This document shows, one piece after another, positions 53,202 to 64,000 of a stretch of 64,000 nucleotides of DNA; the first letter of the stretch is position 1, and the number at the start of each line of letters is the position of its first letter. The notes below the pieces were generated by a model. The model was given only the letters and a program-made list of their open reading frames with translations. It was not told where the DNA came from and did not search any database. The translations under genes and the position numbers were made by a program. Source of the DNA: Octopus bimaculoides (lineage: Eukaryota); contig NC_068981.1 in NCBI RefSeq assembly GCF_001194135.2, positions 99,914,919 through 99,978,918 of the forward strand. The letters run 5' to 3'.

Positions 53202-53910
53202 CTAAAAAAATAAATATTTTACATTTCAGAGACAACTTGAAGGTTTTATTTATTGTTTTATTTATTTTATTTAATCTATTTATTTTTATTTTACATTTGA
53301 AGGTTTCCACACCATCGCATGTCTAGTCATACATTTAACTGTTAAGCTACTGGCTGTATGGACTGGATTTGCATTTTACTATAAAGCCTCCTTTCAACTA
53401 TCAAATGTAAAAGAAGAAAAACAAAAAGAAAGCAGAGTAAAGAATGTTTTGAAGAAGCTGAACTATTTACCATATAATTCAAAGAACATATTCAAATATT
53501 CAAAAACACAGAATAAAGAAATAACAGATAAAACCAAGTAAGAGCATATATATCTTAAACGTTACAGATCTGGCAGAACTGTTTCTATGCCAGACAAAAT
53601 ACTAAGCAGCTCTTCTTCTGACTTTCCATTCAGAGCTCAAACACCACTGAGATCAGGGGGCCAATGTAATTGACTAGTCCCCTACCTCAAAGTTTCAAGG
53701 CATGTGCCTATAACAGAAAAGATGATTATTACATAATTAAAATAGGGGGGTAAGCATGGTTGTACGATTAAATTTGATACCCATCCACACCATTCCATAT
53801 TTGACCCCATTGTATAAGTTGGACAAGTATCTTCTCCAAGAGTCTCAAGTTAACAAATATCTTGTGAGCGAAATGTGATGGACAAAAACTGTGCAGAAGC
53901 TGCCACATAG

Positions 53911-53998
<88 letters not shown>

Positions 53999-54104
53999 AC
54001 TGATGTAAATAGCTTGCCATATTTAAATTCATACAGAAAGTAACTCTCTAAAAGGACAAACTGGTAAACTTGGTTATTTGATAAATAAAGATCAATAAAA
54101 TAGG

Positions 54105-54480
54105 CACAGGTGTGGTTGTATGTTAAGAGGTTTGCTTCCTAACCACATGACTCCAGGTTAAGTCACACTGCATGGCACTTAAGGCCATGCAGTGGCTGAC
54201 CAAAGCCTTGTGAGTGGATTTGGTAGATGGAAACTGAAAGAAGTTTGTCATATGTATATAGGTGTGTGTGTCTCTTTATGTTTGTCCTCCACCATCACTT
54301 GACAATAGATGTTGGTGTATTTACATCCCTGTAACTTAGCAATTTGACAAAAGAGATAAAAAGAATAAATATCAGGCTTTAAAAAAATAAGTACTGGGGT
54401 TGGTTCATTAGACTAAAATTCTTCAATGTGGTACCCCAGTATAGCCCAATCTAGTGACTGAAACAAGATAAAAGATAAAA
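54105..54480 (+). mobile_element. SINE family A (decayed, full length)
   Basis: Head aggcacaggtgtggttgtatg..., body and tail gactgaaacaagataaaagataaaa. Confidence 0.8.
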
Positions 54481-54852
54481 TGACTACTTGGGTTGATATA
54501 ATTGACTAAAACACTTTGAAGTAGTGCCCAGTATGGCCCATGTAAAAAGGATAAAGAACGTATGTAATGTGTTGATATCATATATATATATGTGCATTTT
54601 GTGTTTGTTTTAGTGTGCATGTATATATATGCATACACATGTTTGTATATAAGGTTATGTCTACACAGACACATGTAAGTGAATGTTAGGAGGGGGATAA
54701 GCAAAAAATTTTGAAGTAAATATAAGGGATGTGAGATGTCCATAAGAGGTTATTGCTACTGGGTCACACAGATCACACAACACAGGCAGATCTGAGCTGG
54801 CCATATAGCTGATCTCTCTAACCCTTGACGAAAGGTTAAAAAAAAATGTTGC

Positions 54853-54890
<38 letters not shown>

Positions 54891-56253
54891 CGATGTTGAT
54901 AATTAGGGAAGTATTTAGACAATAAACTTTTGCAATGTGTATTTGTATCAATGTATGTATGTATGTTTGTGTACATGTGTTTATGTATGTATGCATGCAT
55001 GCATTTATGTGCGTGTTAAGATATAATGTCAATAAAACCCTGAATTACCAATTCATGGGAAGCACTGGTACCACTGCCACCATCATCATCATTGTTGTAT
55101 CAATATCTAATGCAGGAATTGTGTTTCTAGAACAGAATACTTCATTCTACATGCCTCGGTTCATGTCAATGGAAAAATAGATACAAGAATCTAAGAAAGC
55201 TAACTGCCATAGATTAGTTATCCTATGTGAAGACATTTTTATCTCTTACTTACTTAATGCTACAGAATCTGGAATTGATGCTTAACAAACCTCTTTTCTT
55301 TCCATCACTGCTACCACCTTACTAGACTACTGGTCAGCAATGCTTTCACAGCATGGCTACAACGTCTAAATATTAACATACACTAAATGTGTGTGTGTGT
55401 TTGTATGTGTGTGTGTGTGAATGGATATGCAGAAGATACAGACTTCAATATATTATCCCTTATTCATTTTGGCTTCTACGTGTCTGAAGATCATAACATT
55501 TCTATCTATAAGATCCATTAAAACATTTTTGATATCAACAACTACAGAGAACTCATATATTCAAACTATAATAGGTAGTCAATCTTCACCATATACATAT
55601 TACTTCAGAAGCTATATATATGCAAGTGCATGTGCATAATTAGTTGGGGAGAGAGGGTGAGTGGGTGCAGAAAAGAAAATACAGGCTATCTAAAGATACA
55701 ATACAGTGAGTATATAAGTATGAAAAGGTCAGTGAGATGCGTGTCTTAAAAGACAAGACAGAGAGAAACTTATCACACAACAAAGGAAATGAGAACTGGG
55801 GTGGGGAGAAAGGAGAGTGAACGAGGGAGAAAAATGTATGTGTATGTATTGGTAGTCGAAGAAGATGAGCTAAAGATAATAACAACAAAACTTTGAATAT
55901 GATTTTATAGAATAAATGTATGCTGAAATATCATCACACTATATTAAGAAATAGTGCAAGAAGTGTGAAATATATGGAAATATTGTAGTGGGTAAGTAGT
56001 ATCCCTCAATGACTATATGTGTGTGTGTGTGTGTGTGTGCATGGTTATATGTCTGTTGAATGTCATATTATGACTGAAGGTTATGAGTGAACTTTATGAC
56101 TTGTACCATTTTTATCAATTGTATGAGGAGAAAAATTTTGTACTTTTTTTTATTCACAAAAATTTGAAGCTTTATCAGTTTATGTAATGTGTTTTGTGGG
56201 GTAGTAACAGAAAGAGAGAAAGTGAGAGATAAAGAAAAGCATATTATAGCCTG

Positions 56254-56343
56254 GAAGAAGAAGAAGAAGAAGAAGAAGAAGAAGAAGAAGAAGAAGAAGA
56301 AGAAGAAGAAGAAGAAGAAGAAGAAGAAAAAGAAGAAGAAGAA
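56254..56343. repeat. About (GAA)30 trinucleotide array followed by (TGAA)n
   Basis: Directly visible. Confidence 0.97.
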
Positions 56344-57102
56344 TGAATGAATGAATGAAAATTGGGAGAAGAAAAATGTATGTGTAAAAAAGAAAATGAA
56401 CAAATAGATGGATGAGAGAGAATAGGAGAAAGAGAAGATGAAAACTGAGTAAGGAAAGGATGGAAGAAAGTATGCAGCTAAATATCTGATTTGTTCTTTA
56501 CATTCTAATGAAAGAAGAAAATTGAAGCTAAGGAAAAGGAATTTTCATATAACATTGTTTCTGTCATACAGTTTGATAACAGCTTTTATCTTGATATCTC
56601 TCAAATATCTTAATGGAAAATGCTGCATCATTTGGATGCTTTCCATTAAAAGAACGAAAAAACAAAAAGACATTTCTTTTTCTAAAAAATAGCAAAGATA
56701 TGATGTTATCATTTTGTAAGATTAAGATTATAGATTTGAGCTAATCACAATTTTTTTTATAGAATTTTTTTTTTTTAGAATGATCAGGAAAATAGTATCA
56801 TGTTTTGTTTTCTTTCAGATTAAATAAATTGTGAATTCTGCAATTGTTGCTCAATTCCTGAAAGACAAATTTTGTTGAAAAAATAAAATGAGAAAAATTA
56901 GAAATATTTAAACATAATTATTAGATTAGTCTCATTGCAATAAACCAGTACTGAAAAAATAAAATCAAAGCCTGATTAAAGATTATATCAGCTTCTTAGT
57001 AAAAGCTTGAATGTAAAAAAAATGTTTTGAATTGTATCAATATTTTCAAGAGTTTGCTTGCACAAGATGTTTCTGTTCACAAAGACTCAGTATGAGTCTT
57101 AC

Positions 57103-57149
57103 CTCAACTTTCTCAGATTTTGTGTGATTAATAATCCAAATTATTTCTA
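57103..57149 (-). CDS. Candidate 47-nt exon (EIIWIINHTKSEKVE)
   Basis: catattttccag| and GAG|GTAAGA. Single open frame, phase 1 to 0. Confidence 0.22.
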
Positions 57150-58426
57150 CTGGAAAATATGACATGTACATATTCAAGTAAATACTCTGTTTGTGCAGAT
57201 ATATCTGGTTTGTAGTTATACTTCTTTGTACTGTGGTGTTTTAGCTATAGCTATTTCCTACAAGATATACTGTTTTAAAATTTGGCACCTCAAGATCCAC
57301 GATTTACAGATGTTCTAATGTTTCTGAGGGAGATTTGGCAGTTACACTCTAGAAAACTTCATATGAATTTGATAGCTTTATTATAATATAATGTTCGCAA
57401 TCCCGATTTAACAAAGATACCACTGCTAAGTATTAGTTAATTGAAGGCAAAAAATCAATAATCAATGCATTTCTTCTACATTTCCAGATGTAGTCCTATG
57501 TGCTCTCTGCTAGCTCTGCTTTTCAACCACTCTATGATAACCTCTGTTCTTTAGAGCTGGTTGGTTTTGTGCCCCTCCACTCAGATACCACTGACTTCTT
57601 TGTATTTTTTTCTTTCATCACCCATGGGCATCCAACTACCCTCCTTCCACACACTCAGGCTTTACACTAACCATTACAACTAGTCATTCCCTTCCAGATC
57701 AATGGCCTCTGGAATTTCCTCTTCCTTATGTCTTCTTTCCTGCAGATGTCATCTTGCAACATTTTAAACAGATCACTAACAGCATCAATTTCAACAGCCT
57801 GCACAGGCCATGGGCACTTTTTGATCTTTCAGACAACACAAGTTAAAAAAATGTCCCTAGAAAACTATGATCATGCTATTCTAGAGGAAGATTTGACTAC
57901 ATTTTCTGAGCCGTTTTTATTGTGATCATGCTATTCTAGAGGAAGATTTGACTGCATTTTCTGAGCAGGCACATTATATCATACAGGCTTGTATCAGTAA
58001 TTCCTCTTGGTTTACTTCAGTTAGATCACAAAGAATAACTAGCTACAAGACATTGTGAGCACATCTCACTTTACAGAAATAATACATGTGCGTATGCACA
58101 CACACACACACACACACATCCATACAAAACTCTTTGTTTAAATAGCAACTCATTAAACTGGTATTAGTATTACCACATCACTTTTGTACTCAGCAATACA
58201 TCTCTTGGAAGTTCACGCCAGTTCCCTTAACCAGAAAAAACAGTAAACTCTTAAGGACCATTACCTATTTGGGCAACAGAAAATCTGACTAATTGAAGTC
58301 AGTCCAACAATAGAGTGAATCCATAATTAACTAGAACAATAGTCAGGAGAATCAATTTAGATTAAAGAGGCTGAAATTTACATTATTTACATTTGAATAA
58401 TATTTGTCCTCATCTTGTTTATTGTT

Positions 58427-58472
58427 AACACAATGTTTCGGCTGATATACCCTCCAGCCTTCATCAGGTGTA
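58427..58472 (-). ncRNA. Minimal hammerhead ribozyme motif (inverted arm)
   Basis: acac-CTGATGA-A-GGCTG-gagggtatat-CAGCC-GAAA-CATT-GTGTT. The ACGT palindrome has decayed to ACAT. Confidence 0.6.
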
Positions 58473-58733
58473 TTGGGGAAATTTCGAACCAGGGTTCTCA
58501 TTCCTAAGGTATTTTTCGATGTTGTTATTATTATTATTATTATCATTATTCAGGTCACTGCCTGGAATCGAACTCGGAATCTTGGGCATGTGGCGTAGTG
58601 GTTAAGAGTGTGGGCTACTAACCCCAAGATTCCGAGTTCGATTCCAGGCAGTGACCTGAATAATGATAATAATAATAATAACAACATCAAAAAATACCTT
58701 AGGAATGAGAACCCAGGTTCAAAATTTCCCCAA

Positions 58734-58779
58734 GACACCTGATGAAGGCTGGAGGGTATATCAGCTGAAACATTGTGTT
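58734..58779 (+). ncRNA. Minimal hammerhead ribozyme motif (forward arm)
   Basis: GACAC-CTGATGA-A-GGCTG-gagggtatat-CAGCT-GAAA-CATT-GTGTT. Stem I is GACAC/GTGTT and stem II is GGCTG/CAGCT. Confidence 0.6.
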
Positions 58780-59321
58780 AACAACAAACAAGATGAGGAC
58801 AAATATCTGTCAAATGTAAATAAAGTAAATAATGTACATAATTTCTCATCTCTTAAATATAGAACTGAAGCTGAAATTTATTCAAGAAGTTTTGAAATTA
58901 TATGTTCATTTACTCATGATAAAATAGGTAGAATGGAGTTTAACATAAAAATTTTTAAAACTGAACATTTATACAATTTTTCAGTTCCTACTGATTATCA
59001 CTCAAATGAGATATATACGCAAAACCCATTTGTCACTTGAGAAACATAACTATGTGTCTAGCATGAAGACACAGTATAACATGTAACTGTATGGTTTCAG
59101 CCCATGTCTTTGTAATTAATAGTCCAGTATCTTAACTTCACATGTTGTGTCTCACAAAAATTTGTGTACATTATAAAGAACATTATAGAAATCAACATCA
59201 GTGTTAATTCTCCCAGATCCTACAGTTTTTTATTTCTCGTAGGAGCTCCCTCTGCTAATTATATATATTTAGCAACTGATTTCTAGTTGCTCTATTTTAA
59301 TATGTTGATTTTAATATACTC

Positions 59322-59722
59322 TTTTACTCTTTTACTTGTTTCAGTCATTTGACTGTGGCCATGCTGGAGCACCGCCTTTAGTCGAGCAAATCGACCCCAG
59401 GACTTATTCTTTGTAAGCCTAGTACTTATTCTATCGGACACTTTTTGCAGAACTGCTAAGTTATGGGGATGCAACACACCAGCATCGGTTGTCAAGCGTT
59501 GTTCGTGGGGGGAGGACAAATACAGACACATAAACATATACACACACATACATACATATATATATATACATATATACGATGAGCTTCTTTCAGTTTCCAT
59601 CTACCAAATCCACTCACAAAGCTTTGGTTGGCCCGAGGCTATAGTAGAAGACACTCGCCCAAGATGCCTCACAGTGGGAGTGAACCCGGAACCATGCGGT
59701 TCGTAAGCAAGCTACTTACCAC
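59322..59722 (-). mobile_element. SINE family A, young full-length copy
   Basis: Antisense of 9870-10252 with CpGs retained. Confidence 0.9.
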
Positions 59723-59754
59723 ACAGCCACTCCTGCACCTATATGTTGACTAAG

Positions 59755-60090
59755 TTTGATTAAAACCTCTCAGAAACTGTCTGATAATCCAGCTACCTTT
59801 CTTCTATCCCTTTCTGTTTTCATTGAATATATACAATGCAGAAGACTTTCTTCTAACTCGTTTGCCAATAAAATAATCCATTTTCCTTCTCTTAACAATT
59901 ACTGCTGCAACAATGGTTCTGCTACTCTGAAATTGCTGACTCTATACAGCGCTCACATAATCCTTTCTTTCATCTCAACACTCGCGTTATGACTTTCACA
60001 TCCCAAATTACATCATAATAAACAGTTTCTGCAATCCTTACTCAGTTTCGCATCCATCTGGAATACTTACTAACTATATCTCTTCTCTAT
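59755..60090 (-). mobile_element. Degraded LINE ORF2 C-terminal fragment (RTE-X-like)
   Basis: Broken frames DGCETE..., RIAETVY, MKERIM, IESAISE*QNH...KENGLFYWQ follow the order of the RTE-type C-terminal motifs. Confidence 0.4.
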
Positions 60091-60464
60091 CATTAGTAAT
60101 ATTTCAAGCAAAACCATAACTTTTATCTAACCTTCGGGATAGAGAGAGGGGCTAACTGAGAATTATTAACCATAAAATCTTCTTGATGCAATGACTGATT
60201 GTAGTGTGATGATAAATAGTAAATCAAACTGAAGTTGTATAGCTTCGCATAAGCCATCTTTGAACCAACCTATGATCAAACGCATTTCAGTCATGATTGT
60301 TCTGTCATGTTTTTTCAGACACAGTATATTTGGGATTATATTATCGAATATGATTTTCCCTTTTTAGGATAATAAGGATGTGATTTTGAGAGAGATTTGG
60401 CTGCTATTTCTAGCAGGTTAGATCACAATATAGTGGCCTCTGAAACAAATAATTATCTTTCATC

Positions 60465-61200
60465 TTTTACTTGTTTCAGTCATTAGACTACGGCCATGCT
60501 GAGGCACCACCTTGAAGAATTTTTAGTTGAATGTATTGACCCCAGTACTTATTTTTTTAAAAGCCTGGTACTTATTCTATCAGTCTCTTTTGCCAAACTG
60601 CTAAGTTATGGGGATATAAACACAAGAGCGCCGGTTGTCAAGTGTGGTGGTGGTGGGGAGAACAAACATAAATACAAAGACACACACAGACACATATATA
60701 TATATATATATATATATCATCATCATTTAATGGCCACTTTCCATGCTGGCATGAGTTGGATGGTTTGACTGCAAACTGGTAATCCAGGGAGCTGCACCAG
60801 GTCCCAATCTGATTTGGCAAGGTTCCTACAGCTAAATGCCCTTCCTAACACTAACAACTTCAAGAGTGTAGTGGATGCTTTTTTTGTGCCATTGATGTGA
60901 CACTGGTATCAATCATGACCATGATCTCACTTGGCTTGACAGGTCTACACAAGCACGGTATATCCCCAAAGGTCTTGGCCACTTGTCACTGCCTCCATGA
61001 GGCCCAACATCCAAACAGTGCTTTTTTATGTGCCGCACATATATATGACGGGTTTCTTTCAGTTTCTGCCTACCTAATCCACTCACATGGCTTTGGTTGG
61101 CCAGAAGCTATAGAAGACACTTGCCCAAGGTGCCACACAGTTGCACAATTTCAAATCATGTGGTTGGGAAGCAAGCTTCTTACTGCACAGCTACGCTTCT
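60465..61200 (-). mobile_element. Cluster of SINE family A 3' part, RTE 3' end and SINE family A head
   Basis: Successive antisense matches at about 60465-60700, 60720-61030 and 61040-61200. Confidence 0.75.
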
Positions 61201-61893
61201 GCCTGAATTAGTTCAGGTTTAAGTAAAAATTACTCCATTTTCCATTTACGTAGACACATTCTTAATCAAACAGAATTTCAAAATGGGGTAGTTTTTTTGA
61301 TGATCATATTTTAAATTACACTACCTTTTGAGTCAAAAGAAGACCAATTTTTGCAAGAGAGTAGTCAATGATCATATTTGAAATCAGAGCAGTGTAGTAA
61401 CAAACTCACTATAGTAAAGCATCTGCTCTGATATTCTGTTGTCTCAATACTGCTATTATTTGAAATTATCAGCAAAGTTGAAAAAGAAATCAGTTGAAAA
61501 TCTGGTCAGAAAAAACAGGTTATTTCAATGGAAGCTTGATAATGAAGTTTGCTTTGTCTGATAAAATTAGTTAACAAGTTGAAATTATATTTTCTGATGC
61601 ACAGATGCAAAGCAATATAATTTTGGAAAAATGTTGATATCTCAACTCAGTGTTTAGCTGACTGTGAAGGAGAAACTATACTATTCAAACTCCAAAGGCA
61701 TAACAGTAAGAATTTCATGTGTACAACCCATTTTGGAGGGTTTAGCTAACATATTGACCTCAGTAATTTTTTAAAGCCTGATATACTATGACTTTCTTTT
61801 GCCAAACCACTAATTATGGGAATGTAAATAAACAACACTGGTTGTGTTGTCAAGTGGTGGTGGGGAACAAATATAAGAACACAATGAGACATG

Positions 61894-61955
<62 letters not shown>

Positions 61956-61989
61956 TAATGCATTTTTTCAATTGCATGAACTAAAAGTT

Positions 61990-62350
61990 GGAGGAGGATG
62001 GGATAAACTGCATCAACTTGCTATAAAAGCAGGTAGTAATTTTACCTTGTCCTTATTCTTAGTGCAAGTTTTGAAGAGTGCAGTTTGATTTTCACAGCTA
62101 TTTTTTCAAAGTTATAATGGAAGTGACAAAGAAGCATATTTGGCATATTTTGTTTTATGAGTTCAATAAAGGCAAAAACGCAATGGAAAGTGTGAGGGGG
62201 ATTGGACAATAAGTGTAAGCCAGTGTCAATGGCAGTTCCAGAAATTTCAAACTGGAAACTACAGCTTAAAAGATGAGCCTCATCCTGGAAGAACTGTAGA
62301 GTTTGATGAGGATGTCCTGCAAACCCTAGTGGAACAAAATCCCAAGATTG
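61990..62350 (+). mobile_element. Mariner transposase N-terminal relic
   Basis: MEVTKKHIWHILFYEFNKGKNA and QCQWQFQKFQTGNYSLKDEPHPGRTVEFDEDVLQTLVEQNP (mariner HTH). Confidence 0.88.
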
Positions 62351-62374
62351 TATTTTTACCCCCATTAGTAAAAA

Positions 62375-62458
62375 GGTTATGTGCTTCTGGCCAGCAGGTC
62401 TGATGAGTCACCTATATTGCTAGTGAAATCAAGGGTAACTTTCTGACTGGTCATAACC
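62375..62458 (+). ncRNA. Degenerate type I hammerhead-like fold
   Basis: CTGATGA at 62400, GAAA at 62425, stem III ATC-aag-GGT with a GTA triplet, and a long bulged stem I. Stem II is non-canonical. Confidence 0.4.
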
Positions 62459-62461
62459 AAC

Positions 62462-62512
<51 letters not shown>

Positions 62513-62519
62513 GTATATA

Positions 62520-62650
62520 TGACATGCTTCTTTCAGTTTCCAGTTGGTCTGGGGCTATAGCAGAAGACACTTGTCTAACATGCTGCACAGTGAGACTGAA
62601 CCTAAGACCACATGGTTGGGAAGCAAGCTTCTTAATCACACAACCACTCC
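62520..62650 (-). mobile_element. SINE family A head fragment
   Basis: ggctatagcagaagacacttg...accacatggttgggaagcaag...accactcct. Confidence 0.75.
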
Positions 62651-63738
62651 TGATGTAAATGAATATTTAATGTCTTCTGTTCCAGGACTCATGCTACATG
62701 ATTACAGAGTGCATGAGTGTTTGTTTGTATGTGCACATGTGTCTTAGTGTCTGATTCATATATTCACAGCATTTGCGCTTATCTGAAAATCAAAATTCTC
62801 CTAAGCCCAAAGGGGTTTTTTAAAGGCCAGTACTTAACTCTGGTTTCATGGCATTATATGGATGACAGAGAAATATTCTACTGGAAAGAAAAATCTAATC
62901 TAATCATATGCATTTAACCTTCTCAGATGATCTGGAAGATGTTCCAAACAGATAGGCAAATTAAAGCAATGCAGAATATTGTGTTCTATTCAGAAACAGA
63001 ATAAAATGCTTAAACTTAAAATTTAAGAGTAAGTAGTCTAATTCCTTATCTATTTTGTTCATTTTATGTGCTTGCTCAATTTCTATCTATTTTCCATCTT
63101 TTAATGACATGCAAACAGATTGTATTGTTATATAGACCTATGGCATGTAACTTTAAAAATTTATTAAAATCTAATGTTCAGTATAATGTTTTTTAAAGGC
63201 CAGTACTTAATTGAGAGTACCCAAATTTAATGACTGAAAGAAGCATATATGATAAAAATGTCATATTTCTATAGAGACTCATTTCAAATGCATGCTCCTG
63301 GGTTTTTCAAAGAATCAAGAAGGTCCCTGTGATCTCAGCAACAGAGCTACAAAACAAAATCTGGTCAAATAATTGATGCTGTAATGTTTGATGGATCTTG
63401 AACTGAATAAGTAACCACAAATTCTTCAAGCATACACAGTTCCATTGTAAATGTAACTTACAAAATATTAACCAAAATATGCTTTTACTCACATAAATGA
63501 AATACATATTAAACAAAGCGAAACAATCGATGCATATATGTCATCATTAATTTTGATCTGCAGGCAAAATGAGGTATTTTCGTAATAGTTACTGAATGTA
63601 TGTGCTAAAACTGGATTGCATTGAATAATAAGTAAAGAGATAAAGTTTCTAAAGAAACGAAGGCTATTTTTAATGTTCAGCTGACAAATGTGCTACCAAA
63701 TTGCAATTCAAAGAGAATTCTCTCTTTACACATGTGCG

Positions 63739-63800
<62 letters not shown>

Positions 63801-63950
63801 GCGATAAATTCGTGGAAACAATTCTAACCTTGAGTAAAAGGTTGGATTTTAAGAATCTGGGCTACTCCAACCACTAATTAGTTGTTCATCTTTTATCTGC
63901 TCATAATACTGTCTTTTCACCTATTGTGTTTATGTGTGTGTATGTATGTA

Positions 63951-63983
<33 letters not shown>

Positions 63984-64000
63984 CGAGGTATTTCGTGTTG

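Larger units (their letters stand above)
58370..58880 (+). mobile_element. tRNA-headed SINE with hammerhead motif, preceded by an inverted partial copy, with 11-bp TSD
   Basis: TSD GCTGAAATTTA at 58370-58380 and 58870-58880. Forward unit 58587-58866 with A box TGGCGTAGTGG (58591) and B box GAGTTCGATTCC (about 58634). Inverted arm 58376-58586 pairs with 58623 to about 58830. Confidence 0.9.

Noticed and set aside
56068-56403. Poly-F / poly-E ORFs
   Set aside because: Translation of the (GAA)n array.
58587-58655. Functional tRNA gene
   Set aside because: No proper acceptor stem or terminator, and it runs into a SINE body. SINE heads elsewhere were rejected for the same reason.
58352-59040. 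Paired ORFs MIIIIITTSKNTLGMRT...
   Set aside because: Mirror translations of the inverted SINE arms, not protein coding.
63270-63500. Minus-strand donor/acceptor set near the window end
   Set aside because: All three frames after the strong acceptor hit stops. It could only be UTR or lncRNA and nothing supports that.

Overview
AT-rich, microsatellite-dense eukaryotic genomic DNA with five scaffold gaps. The repeat landscape (tRNA-headed SINEs, RTE LINEs with GAT tails, mariner relics, long CA/TA tracts) looks like an octopus/cephalopod genome; this is inferred, not searched. I could not identify any intact known protein-coding gene, true tRNA/rRNA or CRISPR array. Most six-frame ORFs are microsatellite, N-gap or repeat artefacts. 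Supported content: decayed mariner transposases (6.4-7.4 kb, 62 kb), an internally deleted DD37D maT-type element (26.0-26.9 kb), RTE, CR1/L2-like and RTE-X-like LINE relics, a Penelope-like GIY-YIG relic (28.3-28.9 kb), many SINE copies and several foldback elements. The most striking structure is a tRNA-headed SINE whose 3' half carries a minimal hammerhead-ribozyme motif of the Penelope-associated type. It occurs twice (33.6 and 58.4 kb), each time as TSD + inverted partial copy + forward copy + TSD. A second, unrelated hammerhead-like fold sits at 62.4 kb. A few weak candidate exons and a candidate promoter are reported at low confidence.
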